The notes under the pieces are model-generated. The model saw nothing but the letters and a program-made list of their open reading frames with translations, was not told the DNA's origin and did no database searches. A DNA stretch of 63,603 nt, counting the filler, from Octopus bimaculoides (taxonomy: Eukaryota), in the NCBI RefSeq assembly GCF_001194135.2. It is 7 parts of 6 records of this genome, joined end to end, with 100 filler letters (N's around TTAATTAATTAA, not from the genome) between each part and the next. Parts side by side here need not be neighbours in the genome. Positions count along the whole stretch, not along the records: positions 1 to 14,761 come from NC_068988.1; positions 14,862 to 30,552 come from NC_068994.1; 5 more parts are not named here. One strand, written 5' to 3'. Shown piece by piece: positions 12,684-25,130 of this stretch (positions are counted from its first letter, which is position 1; every line of letters starts with the position of its first letter). The position numbers and the translations under genes were made by a program.

Positions 12684-12751
<68 letters not shown>

Positions 12752-12752
<1 letters not shown>

Positions 12753-12937
12753 GGTGGGGAAAATACTTAGCAGCATTTGGTCCATCTTTACGTTCTGAGT
12801 TCAATTTCTGCCGGAGTCGACTTTGCCTTTCATCTTTTGGGGGTCGATAAGATATGCACCAGTTGAGCATTGGGGTCGCAATTCTCAACTTACCTTATCC
12901 CCTGAAATTTGTGGCTTGGTGCCAAAATTTGAAACCG
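12752..12937 (+). mobile_element. Family-A SINE, opposite orientation to the 9541-10215 copies
   Basis: tttacgttctgagttcaatttctgccggagtcgactttgcctttcatc... Confidence 0.8.
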
Positions 12938-13736
12938 TTACTACTACTACTACTACTACTACTGAGTTGAGTAGTTTAAGGCAGAAACATTAGAGAGTCA
13001 AACCTAATGCTTTGGAGTATTTAGTTAATTCTCTTTACCTTTGGAGTTCAATTACACTTGGGTTTAGTATTCTTTTTCTTTCTCCGACGAATGAAATATA
13101 TGTCAAGTACAGAGATCGATTTAAAAATTGCATTTAATCAACTACACACCTCCACACCTCCACACTCATGCAAATGCCTTACTTTAGATGTAAGTTAGCA
13201 ATTATTATTTTTTACATTGTTGCATTACCAAAGGTTAATATTTCAAATTCCATAATGATACAAGCCTGTCATATATTTTGTTAATTTATTTACGCGTATT
13301 CTCTAAAAGCAATTAGTGTTTCGTATATTATATAACGATGAGAAGAAAATACAAGACAGTGAAGATGCTTCCACGCAGCAGCTCGTTATACTAGTTGTAG
13401 AGGTAATAATATCCCTCAAATCGTTACCTATTTTCTGAAGAAAAGAGCAAAGCCACATTGAATAATGTTCTTCTAGGATATATTATTTCTGAAAACAAAG
13501 CGAACTAATGTCGCCTGAAAAGTTTGATGATTCAGTGTTAAAATAGTGTTTAAGAACCGCAAAGTACAGAAAAAAATTATGTGAATGAAAGTTGTAAGTA
13601 CGTAATAAACAACCCTATCAGTGTCAAATCTTCGTTATTTAACATTCTAGAAAGGGTGTAAGAAGAGAAAGGAAGTATAAACAAATAAATGGGACTAATA
13701 AAGAGAATGTCAATTTAGTAAAGAGAAAATACAAAC

Positions 13737-13820
13737 CACAACAGCATGCACTTGCTCGTCAAGAGGTGGTGATGCGAAAGATTTACACCAATATGTAGTT
13801 TTTGTGTTTGGAATCAGAGT
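13737..13820 (-). CDS. MOXD1: MOXD1/DBH-like monooxygenase exon (first recovered): TLIPNTKTTYWCKSFASPPLDEQVHAVV
   Basis: Minus strand ttgatttcAG|ACT...GTG|GTTTGT; 84 nt, phase 0/0; xIPxxxTTYWC starts the Cu2_monooxygenase N-terminal domain; splices in frame to the 7265-7447 exon. The symbol denotes family-level similarity, not proven orthology. Confidence 0.88.
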
Positions 13821-14496
13821 CTGAAATCAATTTTAAAAATAGTTTTAATTGCAGAGAATGATTGTATTAAAATAATAACTAAAAATTATTTATGATCTTT
13901 GTAATGGTTAAATAATTTATATTATGTGAATTCTGTGCATCTTTGTTTAATCTTAGATTAAAATTTAAGCATCTCAGCCCCGCCTTGATTTACGATTTAT
14001 CTAGATGTTATTATCTCCTTTACAAGTATTGCCACTAGAGCACCATGTGTTCAAATTAACATGCTATAAATTTTGAATGAGGAATGACATTTACAGTTAT
14101 TCCAAGAGTGTGCTTAAACTTGTGTTTATATGTATGTGTATATGTGTGTGTACGCGTACATGTGTCTACATTTATGTGTGCGTATACATTTCCTTAAATC
14201 GTTAGCTAGACTATAGATTTTAGCATTTGACGCAATAAAGTTGTGAAGAAAAAACAACTCAAAGTCGAAATAGATAAAATTTTTCTATAGAGCAGAGTTA
14301 AATGATTGCTACTTTGAATCAGTTTTGAATACAGAAACAACAACATTTGTGTCACAATGTTTATATTATTTCATCATCTCCACACTCGAATTTCTGTAGT
14401 CCTCATCGATTGATAGTACGAAAAAATATAATAAAAAGCATTAAGCAAATCTAAAACAAGCTATACCCATTTGTATTATAATTATATCAATGTCGT

Positions 14497-14660
14497 AGGC
14501 GCAGTAGTGGTTGTGTGGTAAGAAGCCTGCTTCCCAACCATATGGTTCCGGATTCAATCTCACTGCGTGGCACCTTGGGCAAGTGCCTTCTACTATAACC
14601 TCGAGCCAACCAAAGCCTTGTGAATGGATTTGGTAGACGGAAACGGAAAGAAGCCAGTCA
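14497..14660 (+). mobile_element. tRNA-derived SINE family B, 5' part
   Basis: tRNA-like head followed by ggcaccttgggcaagtg...ggatttggtagacggaaac; same as the reverse complement of 22380-22530. Confidence 0.85.
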
Positions 14661-14687
14661 TATATATATATGGATGAGTGCATATAA

Positions 14688-14761
<74 letters not shown>

Positions 14762-14805
14762 NNNNNNNNNNNNNNNNNNNNNNNNNNNNNNNNNNNNNNN
14801 NNNNN

Positions 14806-14817
14806 TTAATTAATTAA
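14806..14817. other. Artificial scaffold linker TTAATTAATTAA inside a 100-base gap block
   Basis: Flanked by 44 N on each side; identical 12-mers inside N runs at 30597-30608, 44480-44491, 47001-47012, 52284-52295 and 61455-61466. Confidence 0.95.
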
Positions 14818-15055
14818 NNNNNNNNNNNNNNNNNNNNNNNNNNNNNNNNNNNNNNNNNNNNCATCTGTAGCCATTCCTTCTCTGTCGTATATCAGGAACT
14901 ATATTCTCCATATTAATTCTTCTTTGTTTAGGAAGAGTATGGTTTGAGGGTGATTAGGCTGTTAATTCTAACAGATCGAGCGATCTAGTAGTCTTTCTGT
15001 TTCCAGGCGCTTCGTTTGTGTATATATGAGATATTTTATGTGCGCATGCATATAT

Positions 15056-15099
<44 letters not shown>

Positions 15100-15204
15100 A
15101 CACATATATATATAAAAGAATGGTGTAAATAAATGTTTAATAAAATTATAAATGTTGAGAATCTCCGTCCTACTGATCGGTATTAATATATATGTGTGTG
15201 TGTG

Positions 15205-15421
15205 TATAGCTATGTGTGTCTGTGTGTGTATAGCTATGTGGCTGTGTGTATAGCTATGTTTGTGTAAGTAGAGCTATATGTGTGTGTGTAGAGCTATATA
15301 CGTGTGTGTGTAGAGCTATATATGTATGTGTGTGTATATAGCTATATGTGTGTGCGTGTATAGCTATATATGTGTGTGTGTGTGTGTGTATAGCTATATA
15401 TATGTGTGTGTGTATGCATAG

Positions 15422-15427
<6 letters not shown>
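15205..15427. repeat. Minisatellite of about 11 variable ~20-bp units with a TAGCTA/GAGCTA core
   Basis: The core repeats, separated by (TG)n/(TA)n of variable length. Confidence 0.75.
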
Positions 15428-15475
<48 letters not shown>

Positions 15476-15930
15476 GTGGTTGCGCAGAGTGTATAAATAT
15501 AGTATTTTTATGTATGTATGTATAATATTTGCACGTATAAATGTATAGGCATAGGCACTGTAATTTCTTCGGGAAAGGCACAAGCATTGCTGCGAACCCG
15601 TCTATTAAACCACGGAGCCACAAAAATCCAGTTAGGCGAAACCCCTGCTCTATAGTCTATCTATGATTCCATAGAAATGTGTGTATGATATATATCTATA
15701 TATCGTTTGTTCGTATGAATGTCTATTCTGTAGTCTCGAATCTTCTCGTTTGGTTTTTTATTATTGTGTTCATACATTTAAGGCTGAACCTAAAGTTTTG
15801 CTAACGAAACGCTTAGAAGAGGTCGTAACGAAAACAATGAGATTAAAAAGGGTCTGTTTACAAACGATGGATGCATATGACTTGAAATTTATGTGTGTTT
15901 GTGTATGTATAACCTATGTTATATCATATA

Positions 15931-16139
15931 CGAGGCGGTGCTGGAAAGTTCCTGGCTTTCAGAGTAACGCGAAATGCCTGGTTCGAGGCCCGATCCTAGG
16001 GCTTAGAAAAACCGAAGGACCGCTGCAATAAGTGTGTGAATCTGAGAGGGGAATATGTTGAATAAAATCATAATTAACTCTGATCCTCCTGTATTTTTTT
16101 TTACTCAGAGCCACGAATTTTGCAACCCCCCCCCTGTCG
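15931..16139 (+). mobile_element. Mariner internal-deletion derivative (MITE) flanked by TA
   Basis: TA|CGAGGCGGTGCTGGAAAGTTCCTGGCTT ... imperfect inverted end ...GTCG|TA; retains the transposase C-terminus DRCNKCVNLRGEYVE*. Confidence 0.75.
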
Positions 16140-16159
16140 TATTTGAGTCTGTGTGTTTG

Positions 16160-16235
<76 letters not shown>

Positions 16236-17178
16236 ATGTACATTGTATTCAGGCGGGGTCGACTTCACTTTTCATCCTTTCGGTCGGTAGTGGGGTCGCA
16301 GGGTTCGGTGTTATTGACAAGCACGCTCCCCAAAAATTCCAGGCCTTGTTCTACTGAAGACATAATGTGTGCGTGCGTGAATGTGTATATATGTATGTAT
16401 GTGTGTATGTAAACCGACGAGCACTCTCCCCCAAATTTCAGGCCTTGTGCATATTGTAGAAAGAATGTGTGTGTGTATGTATGTATATCAATATATATGT
16501 GTGTTTGTCCCTCCAACATCACTTGACAACCAATGCTGGTGTGTTTATGTCTCCGTAACTTAACGGCTTGGCAAAAGAGACCGATAGGATAAGTACTAGG
16601 CTTACAAAGAATAAGTCCTGGGGCCGATTTGCTTGACTAAAGGCGGTGCTCCAGCATGGCCGCAGTCAATGACTGAAACAAGTAAGATATATATAAGATG
16701 AGCTTCTTTCAGTTTCCATCTATCAAATCCACTCACAAGAGTTTGGATGGCCTGGGGCTATAGTAGAAACTTGACCAAAGTGGCATGCAGTGGGACTGAA
16801 CCTTGAACCATATGGTTGGGAAGCAAGTTTCTTAACCACACTGCCACATCTGTGCACACACACACATATATATATATGTATANNNNNNNNNNNNNNNNNN
16901 NNNNNNNNNNNNNNNNNNNNNNNNNNNNNNNNNNNNNNNNNNNNNNNNNNNNNNNNNNNNNNNNNNNNNNNNNNNNNNNNNNNNNNNNNNNNNNNNNNNN
17001 NNNNNNNNNNNNNNNNNNNNNNNNNNNNNNNNNNNNNNNNNNNNNNNNNNNNNNNNNNNNNNNNNNNNNNNNNNNNNNNNNNNNNNNNNNNNNNNNNNNN
17101 NNNNNNNNNNNNNNNNNNNNNNNNNNNNNNNNNNNNNNNNNNNNNNNNNNNNNNNNNNNNNNNNNNNNNNNNNNNNNN

Positions 17179-17217
<39 letters not shown>

Positions 17218-17721
17218 CTGTGTGTGTTGCTTGGTTTGTGTTCTATGTCTGTTGTGGCATGTTACAATGGGTTAAGGGAATACTTGTTGAAGCATTGCTT
17301 TGTAGGCAAGTACTCATATGCTCGCTAATCCCTACCTGTATTCCAGGTAAGATGTTCTTTAGTTAGGGGGCAATTCATTGACAGGGAATGTCACCTTAAT
17401 GATGCATTTTTTTCACTTGATGCTTTCATTGAAGGACAGAGAATATAAATATTCACACATACAAACATATATAACTCACCCATACCTCTTCTCTTTATTC
17501 ACTTTCTTGTAAGTTGAGAGCATACCCTGATATATCTTCACCACCATCCTCCTCCTCTTCCAGCTGGGGTAGCCATGGATATCCCCATCAGCAAAACACC
17601 TGCTCCTGTTCACCTATCATACCTTAAGACCTCATCTCCTGGCATAAAGCTGCCTCACTAATGCTGGTACCACATGAAAAGCACCCAGTATACTCTGTAA
17701 AGTGGTTGCTGTTAAGAGAGG

Positions 17722-18082
17722 CTCAATGGCCCAGTGGTTGGGGCAGCGGACTCGCAGTCTTAGGATCGCGGTTTTGATTCCCAGACCGAGCATTGTGAGT
17801 GTTTATTGAGCAAAAACACCGCTCCGGCAGGGGGTGGTATTGAACCCTGCTGTACTCTTTCACCACAACTTTCTCTCACTCTTACTTCCTGTTTCTGTTG
17901 TACCTGTATTTCAAAGGGTCAGCCTTGTCACACTCTGTGTCACGCTGAATCTCCCCGAGAACTACGTTAAGGGTACACGTGTCTGTGGAGTGCTCAGCCA
18001 CTTGCATGTTAATTTCACGAGCAGGCTGTTCCGTTTATCGGATCAACTGGAACCCTTGACATCGTAACCGACGGAGTGCCAA
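17722..18082 (+). mobile_element. tRNA-derived SINE family C
   Basis: tRNA-like head (gctcaatggcccagtggtt...ttgattccc); body is the reverse complement of 30890-31207. Confidence 0.75.
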
Positions 18083-18599
18083 CCATTGCTGTTAAGAAGG
18101 GCATCCAGCCATCATAATCATGCCAAAGTGGACATTGAAGCTTGGCACAGTCCTCTGGTTCTTCAATCCCTTTTGAGCCATCCAACCCTTTCCAGCATAG
18201 AAAACAAGCATTAACCCTTTAACATTCAGATTACTCTGCCCAATGTAATGCATATATATCTATACAGTGTTGAATTGACCATCTCGTAGCTTCAAGATTT
18301 TGATGATATGATTGATTATCTTTTAGAGTAACTTTGTAAGGTAGACCAGGTCAGTTTGAACATGAAACTGGTAGAGTATTTGGGCCGGATATGACTGGTT
18401 AAAATGCTAAAGGGTCAAATAATGATGATGGTGGTATACATATATTATTGTCGTCATTTTAAGGTCTATTTTAGGATGGCTTTAGAAAGGGCATCCAGTC
18501 ATAGAAATCATGCCAAGGCAGACGCTGGAGTATGATGTAGTCCTTGACTCATTGGATCCTTGTCAAACCGTCTAATCCATGCCATTATGTTTATATCAT

Positions 18600-19910
18600 C
18601 ATCATCATCATCATCGTTTAATGTCCGCTTTCCATGCTAGCATGGGTTGGACGATTTGACTGAGGACTGGTGAAACCGGATGGCAACACCAGGCTCCAAT
18701 CTAATTTGGCAGAGTTTCTATAGCTGGATGCCCTTCCTAACACCAACCACTCCGAGAGTGTAGTGGGTGCTTTTACGTGTCACCCGCACGAAGGCCAGTC
18801 AGGCGGTACTGGCAACGGCCATGCTCAAAATGGTGCATCTTATGTGCCACCCGCACAAGAGCCAGTCCAGGCAACGATCTCACTTGGCTTGCCAGGTCTT
18901 CTCACGCACAGCACATTTCCAAAGGTCTCGGTCAGTNNNNNNNNNNNNNNNNNNNNNNNNNNNNNNNNNNNNNNNNNNNNNNNNNNNNNNNNNNNNNNNN
19001 NNNNNNNNNNNNNNNNNNNNNNNNNNNNNNNNNNNNNNNNNNNNNNNNNNNNNNNNNNNNNNNNNNNNNNNNNNNNNNNNNNNNNNNNNNNNNNNNNNNN
19101 NNNNNNNNNNNNNNNNNNNNNNNNNNNNNNNNNNNNNNNNNNNNNNNNNNNNNNNNNNNNNNNNNNNNNNNNNNNNNNNNNNNNNNNNNNNNNNNNNNNN
19201 NNNNNNNNNNNNNNNNNNNNNNNNNNNNNNNNNNNNNNNNNNNNNNNNNNNNNNNNNNNNNNNNNNNNNNNNNNNNNNNNNNNNNNNNNNNNNNNNNNNN
19301 NNNNNNNNNNNNNNNNNNNNNNNNNNNNNNNNNNNNNNNNNNNNNNNNNNNNNNNNNNNNNNNNNNNNNNNNNNNNNNNNNNNNNNNNNNNNNNNNNNNN
19401 NNNNNNNNNNNNNNNNNNNNNNNNNNNNNNNNNNNNNNNNNNNNNNNNNNNNNNNNNNNNNNNNNNNNNNNNNNNNNNNNNNNNNNNNNNNNNNNNNNNN
19501 NNNNNNNNNNNNNNNNNNNNNNNNNNNNNNNNNNNNNNNNNNNNNNNNNNNNNNNNNNNNNNNNNNNNNNNNNNNNNNNNNNNNNNNNNNNNNNNNNNNN
19601 NNNNNNNNNNNNNNNNNNNNNNNNNNNNNNNNNNNNNNNNNNNNNNNNNNNNNNNNNNNNNNNNNNNNNNNNNNNNNNNNNNNNNNNNNNNNNNNNNNNN
19701 NNNNNNNNNNNNNNNNNNNNAGTTACTACCTACTCCTTTTCTACATACTGAGCAGGTCCATCTACCTGAAGGGGTTTGTGTTTTATCTACCTTCCTACTT
19801 ATTAGGATTTTGGTTTTAGCTAGGTTAACTCTAAGGCCATTCGATTCTAGTCCTTGCTTCCACACCTGAAACTTCTCCTCTAGTTCTGATAGTGACACCG
19901 CAATTAGTGC
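18600..19910 (-). mobile_element. RTE-like LINE 3' half with (CAT)n tail, mostly in a gap
   Basis: ELEEKFQVWKQGLESNGLRVNLAKTKIL (RT domain end), then CSVCRKGVGSN; 3' UTR ...ccatgctagcatggaaagcggacattaaacgatgatg. Confidence 0.85.
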
Positions 19911-20409
19911 AAGGTCATATATATATATATAAACATATATATATATATATATATAAACATATATATATATATATATAAATTTATATTTGTGTATGTGTGA
20001 TGCATTGTGTTCTTGAGCAAGTCAGTCCATTTCACATTGTTCCTGTCCATTCAGCACAGGTGGGTGACACTGCAGTAGACTTGCATTCTGTTTAGGGAGG
20101 ATGTTGGCCTTCCCATCCAGCAAGCAAAGGTGGCATTGTTTGAAAGCTACAACAATGCAAGGAAGCGCACTGTAACCAGTGGTGTATAACAAAATCTGAC
20201 AGTATGGTCGATATAGGGATACATATGTTAACTTGTAAGTTGCATGTGCTGATGGTACTTAAAAAAAAGCATTCAGTTCACACTGTAAAGTGGTTGACTT
20301 TAGGAAGGGTATCCAGCTGTAGAAACTAAGCCGAAGCAGACCCTGGAGTATGATGTAGTCCTTGACTAATTGGATCCTTGTCAAACCGTCCAGTCCATGC
20401 CACCATAGA

Positions 20410-20668
20410 ATCATCATCGTTTAATGTCCGCTTTCCATGCTGGCATGGGTTGGACAGTTTGAATGCGGACTGGTGAGCCAGAGGCTGCACCAGGCTCAAT
20501 CTGATCTGGCAAAGTTTCTACAACTGGATGCCCTGACTAACGCCAACCACTCTGAGAGTGTAGTGGGTGCTTTTACTTGCCACCGGCACAAGGGCCAGTC
20601 AGGCGGTTCTGGCAACGACCACGCTCAAAAGGTGTTTCTTACATGCTACCTGTACGGGAGCCAGTCCT
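20410..20668 (-). mobile_element. RTE-like LINE 3' UTR fragment
   Basis: Homologous to 18610-18880. Confidence 0.75.
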
Positions 20669-20769
20669 GGTATCAATTTGTTCAACTAAAACCCTCCAAT
20701 GTGGTGCTTCAGTATGGCTGCAATTAAATGCCTGAAACAAATAAAAGAATAAAAAGAATACATGTCCAC

Positions 20770-21860
20770 ACAGATTTCAGCAGTGTTCAAGACATGTTTG
20801 TAAATGTCCTTGAACCACTTAGTGGATTCCCTGTCGGTCTGGATCTTGTAATGGAGTTCTCTGTTCAAGACATCCTTGGCAATGAAGCCATCCTGAATGC
20901 AACAGACATAGCCATACTATAAAAAGTCATTGCTGCAAGAGTAGGAGATACACACTTGTCATTATAGCCTGGTCCACTGCATCCTTGTTTTGGCATTTTC
21001 CTTCCTGCAAATACCAGAAATCTGATGTAGAACCTGCAGGTTGAAGCTGTTAAGTTGGTGCAGGTCTTGCTGCTTTAGAGTAGAGCATTCACTATGCAAG
21101 CCCTGTGCATTGAAATTTTGGTGTCTATGGTGAACATGTATTCCTTACATTCTTAGAAAACTTGTCCATGGCAGTGATAGCAGCAACTAAACACTGGTTT
21201 GAAGGACAGGTTTGGAGGGAATTTGTTCATCCTTTAGTTGAGTGTGAACCTCAGTAGTGGTTCTGGGGTCTTCTCTGACGCCCTGATCCATGTTGTCTGC
21301 CTTGATCCGTTGATGAGGCTAAGAGAGTTCAACTGACCTGCTTCTGGACACTGGACTGTGCATGAGTTGTCAAGTAACTTCATTTACAGAGAGTGTTGCC
21401 CTTCTTAGGACCTGATACACTTTGGTTCTTGTCCTGAAATGTACAACAGCTTCTGCGTACACTCCACTGTCAAATGTTGTGAAAGCATAGCGAGTACAAG
21501 GCATCCCTGCTTTAATCCATTTTGGGATGCAGAATGACACTAAGGATAATCCATCAACTTGCACTGCCCTCTGTTAACTATTGTGATAAGTAGATGTGGC
21601 TTTCAGCAGCTTTAGTCAGTACCTTTTACTCATTGAATCGATGGCCGTGATTAGGTTGATGAAGGCAACATTTGTCCTGCAGCTTGAAAGAGATCATGCC
21701 AACCGTAAATCTCACACCTGAGAAGCTACACAGGATCTCAGGAGTAAACATGTTCTGCTTCTGTAACTGTTACCATTGCTGCACTCTCCCCTGTGCAATG
21801 TCATGCTATTTGCATTTGCATGTCCTTGGGAAATGATCCCTAATTCAAATACTGGCAGAT
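20770..21860 (-). mobile_element. Highly degenerate RTE-clade LINE
   Basis: AFINLITAIDSMSK (RT motif) and IAKDVLNRELHYKIQTDRESTKWFKDIYKHVL (RTE C-terminal LYGEL..R..GRP..RFKD pattern). Confidence 0.55.
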
Positions 21861-22138
21861 TAGCTCAAGAAGATGGCTCAGTAGCTCTTGTTTCTGTGGT
21901 GATGCTTTTTCTCTTTTTCCCTCTCTCTCTCTCTCTCTCCGTCTCTTTCGCTTTCTCTCTGGTGTTTTACTGTGAAATGCAACAGAATTTGGAAAGATAG
22001 AAGCATCGACTTGTATGCCAGAAAATACAGTAAACCCTTGAAAGCCGTGTTCCAGCATGGCCATAGTACAATGAATGAAACCAGCAAAAGAATTTATCAT
22101 CCCACTCCATTTTTCTATGCTGGTATTATTTAGATGTT

Positions 22139-22530
22139 ACTCTTTTACTTGTTTCAGTCATTTGACTGCGGCCATGCTGGAGCACTGCCTTTAGTCGAGC
22201 AAATCGACCCCAGGACTTATTCTTTGGAAGCCTAGTACTTATTCTATCGGTCTCTCTTTTGCCGAACCGCTAAGTTACGGGGACGTGAACACACCACCAT
22301 TGGTTGTCAAGCGATGTTGGAGGGACAAACACAGACACACAAACATATACACACATACATTTATACGACAGGCTTCTTTCAGTTTCCGTCTACCAAATCC
22401 ACTCACAAGGCTTTGGTCGGCCCGAGGCTATAGTAGAAGACACTTGCCCAAGGTGCCACGCAGTGGGAATGAACCCAGAACCATGTGGTTGGTAAGCAAG
22501 CTACTTACCACACAGCCGCTCCTGCGCCTA
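22139..22530 (-). mobile_element. Full-length family-B SINE (about 390 bp)
   Basis: tRNA head, central (CA)-rich spacer and 3' ...gctccagcatggccgcagtcaaatgactgaaacaagtaaaagag. Other copies or fragments at about 16500-16850, 23773-23858, 24745-25450, 46770-46955, 51525-51680, 58650-58810, 62395-62600 and 63170-63320. Confidence 0.9.
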
Positions 22531-22964
22531 TGTGAAACAAGTGAATGCATATTAAGAATTACCAACTTTCTAGACGGGCCGGTGGGGATCACATCGTTTT
22601 GTTATGGTTGGGTATCCTTTTGGTGCTTGGGGGAGTTGTATTATCGTGGGACCGATACTAGACAAGGCTACCTGTTTCTTGCAAGACTAAAGAGTTCTAC
22701 TGTTGTTCTAGTGTGCGTTGTTGTCTCCCTTCGTTCACCTGCATCAACGGGTTGCCTCTTGTTTTGTTGGCAAATAAGAAGAGGGTGGATGACAGAAGAA
22801 GCAGAATAAAAAGAGATTATGACAGGAGAGAGAGTGTAATGGAAACTCGAATAACACGAGTGATAGGGGTGATGCGTATGGCTATGTGTGTATGTGTGCG
22901 TGCCATTTAGTTCAGTGATCATGGCTAAGGCCATGCCAGAAAGCTACATCGTGTGTGTGTTATG

Positions 22965-23001
22965 TATGTTTATAGATGCAGATTATGCAATAAAAGCAGC
23001 T

Positions 23002-23036
<35 letters not shown>

Positions 23037-23096
23037 TGTATGTATGTGTATGTATTATGTATGTTTATAAACTGAGATTATACAATAGAAGCAGCT

Positions 23097-23144
<48 letters not shown>

Positions 23145-23390
23145 GTTGTAAGTATGTATATTTATATGTATATATAAGTATGTATGTGTATATTCTATGT
23201 GTGTGTGTGTATTATGTATGGTTATAAACTGAGATTATGCAATAGAAGCACCTTGTGTGTGTATATATATAATATATGTTGTAAGTATGTATATTTATAT
23301 GTATATATAAATATGTATGTGTATATTCCATGTGTGTGTGTATGTATTATGTATGTTTATAAATTAAGATTATGCAATAGAATCATCTCG
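22965..23390. repeat. Tandem repeat with four copies of a ~45-bp core
   Basis: ttatgtatgtttataaactgagattatgcaatagaagcagcttgtg near 22970, 23055, 23212 and 23346. Confidence 0.75.
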
Positions 23391-24683
23391 TTTGTGTGTA
23401 TAATATATATATATATATATANNNNNNNNNNNNNNNNNNNNNNNNNNNNNNNNNNNNNNNNNNNNNNNNNNNNNNNNNNNNNNNNNNNNNNNNNNNNNNN
23501 NNNNNNNNNNNNNNNNNNNNNNNNNNNNNNNNNNNNNNNNNNNNNNNNNNNNNNNNNNNNNNNNNNNNNNNNNNNNNNNNNNNNNNNNNNNNNNNNNNNN
23601 NNNNNNNNNNNNNNNNNNNNNNNNNNNNNNNNNNNNNNNNNNNNNNNNNNNNNNNNNNNNNNNNNNNNNNNNNNNNNNNNNNNNNNNNNNNNNNNNNNNN
23701 NNNNNNNNNNNNNNNNNNNNNNNNNNNNNNNNNNNNNNNNNNNNNNATATATATATATATATATATATATATACGACGGGCTTCTTTCAGTTTCCGTCTA
23801 CCAAATCCACTCACAAGGCTTTGGTCGGCCCGAGGCTATAGTAGAAGACACTTGCCAAGTGTGTGTGTCTGTGTTTACTGGTGATGGGGCGGGTTTATTT
23901 TGTTTTGGTCGGTTAAATGTTGCTGCTGTGATTAAGGAAGAAGTCATCATTGTTCTCTTCGGTGGAATTCTGTTATTATTATTATGATTATTATTATTGT
24001 TGTTGTCGTCCTCTGGTTTCTGTTATCACTGTAACTGCTGTTGTTATTTTGATTGTCGTCCTCGTCGGCGGCGGCGGCGGCGTCATCGTTGTTTTTGATA
24101 CTGCTGATGTCATCATCATACAATTGTTTATATACGCAATTAAATTAAATTAATAACAAAAAAGAGTTTGTTATAGGATGATGACGGTGATGTGGGGTGG
24201 TTGTGGGGGAGGGGGATCATATACAGGTTGTTGTTGTTGTTGTTGTTGTGGTGGTGGTGGTGGTGGAACGTAATTGAGGAAGAGGTGGTGACCTGCGTTG
24301 AAGAAACTGCGATAAATGGCATGTGTGATTAGGCAATATGGATATCTTTATTACGTACGCAGTTCCATAAACTGTGGTGGTGGCTATTGTTATTGTGGTG
24401 GTGGTGGTGGTGGTGATGGAATAGTAGTGGTAGGAGGAAGAGGAGGAGTGGAATCGGGTTGGACAGAGTTTCGCATTAACAAGTCCAAACAACCGATGGG
24501 AAAAGGTAAGCTATGTATATAAATATAAGTGTGTGTGTATATATGTATATATATATGTGTATATATGTGTGTATATGTATATATATGTGTGTATATGTAT
24601 ATATATGTGTGTATATATTTATATATATGTGTTTATATATGTATAGATATGTGTTTATATATGTATAGATATATGTGTGTGTG

Positions 24684-24714
<31 letters not shown>

Positions 24715-24880
24715 GTGTGTATATATATGTATATATGTATACGCGCAGGCATGGCTTTGTAGTAAGGAGTTTACTTCCCAGCCACATGGTTTCGGGTTCA
24801 GTCCCACTGCGTGGCACCTCGGGCAAAACCTTGTGAGTGGTTTTGGTACACGGAAACTGAAAAAAAAAAAACCTGTCGTG

Positions 24881-24911
<31 letters not shown>

Positions 24912-25099
24912 CATTGTGTCTGTGTTTACATTCCCGTAACTTAGCGGTTCGGCTTAATAGACCGACAGAACAAGTACCAGGCTTTAAAATAAATAAATAA
25001 ATAAATACTGGGGTCAATTTATTCGACTAAAATATATTCTTCAAGGCATTACTCCTACATGGCCGCAGTCTACTGACTGAAAGAATCGAAGGATAAAAG

Positions 25100-25130
<31 letters not shown>

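Noticed and set aside
22965-23390. Tandem repeat considered as a CRISPR-like array
   Set aside because: The context is eukaryotic, the spacers are related (TA)/(TG) sequence rather than unique, and there are no cas-like ORFs.
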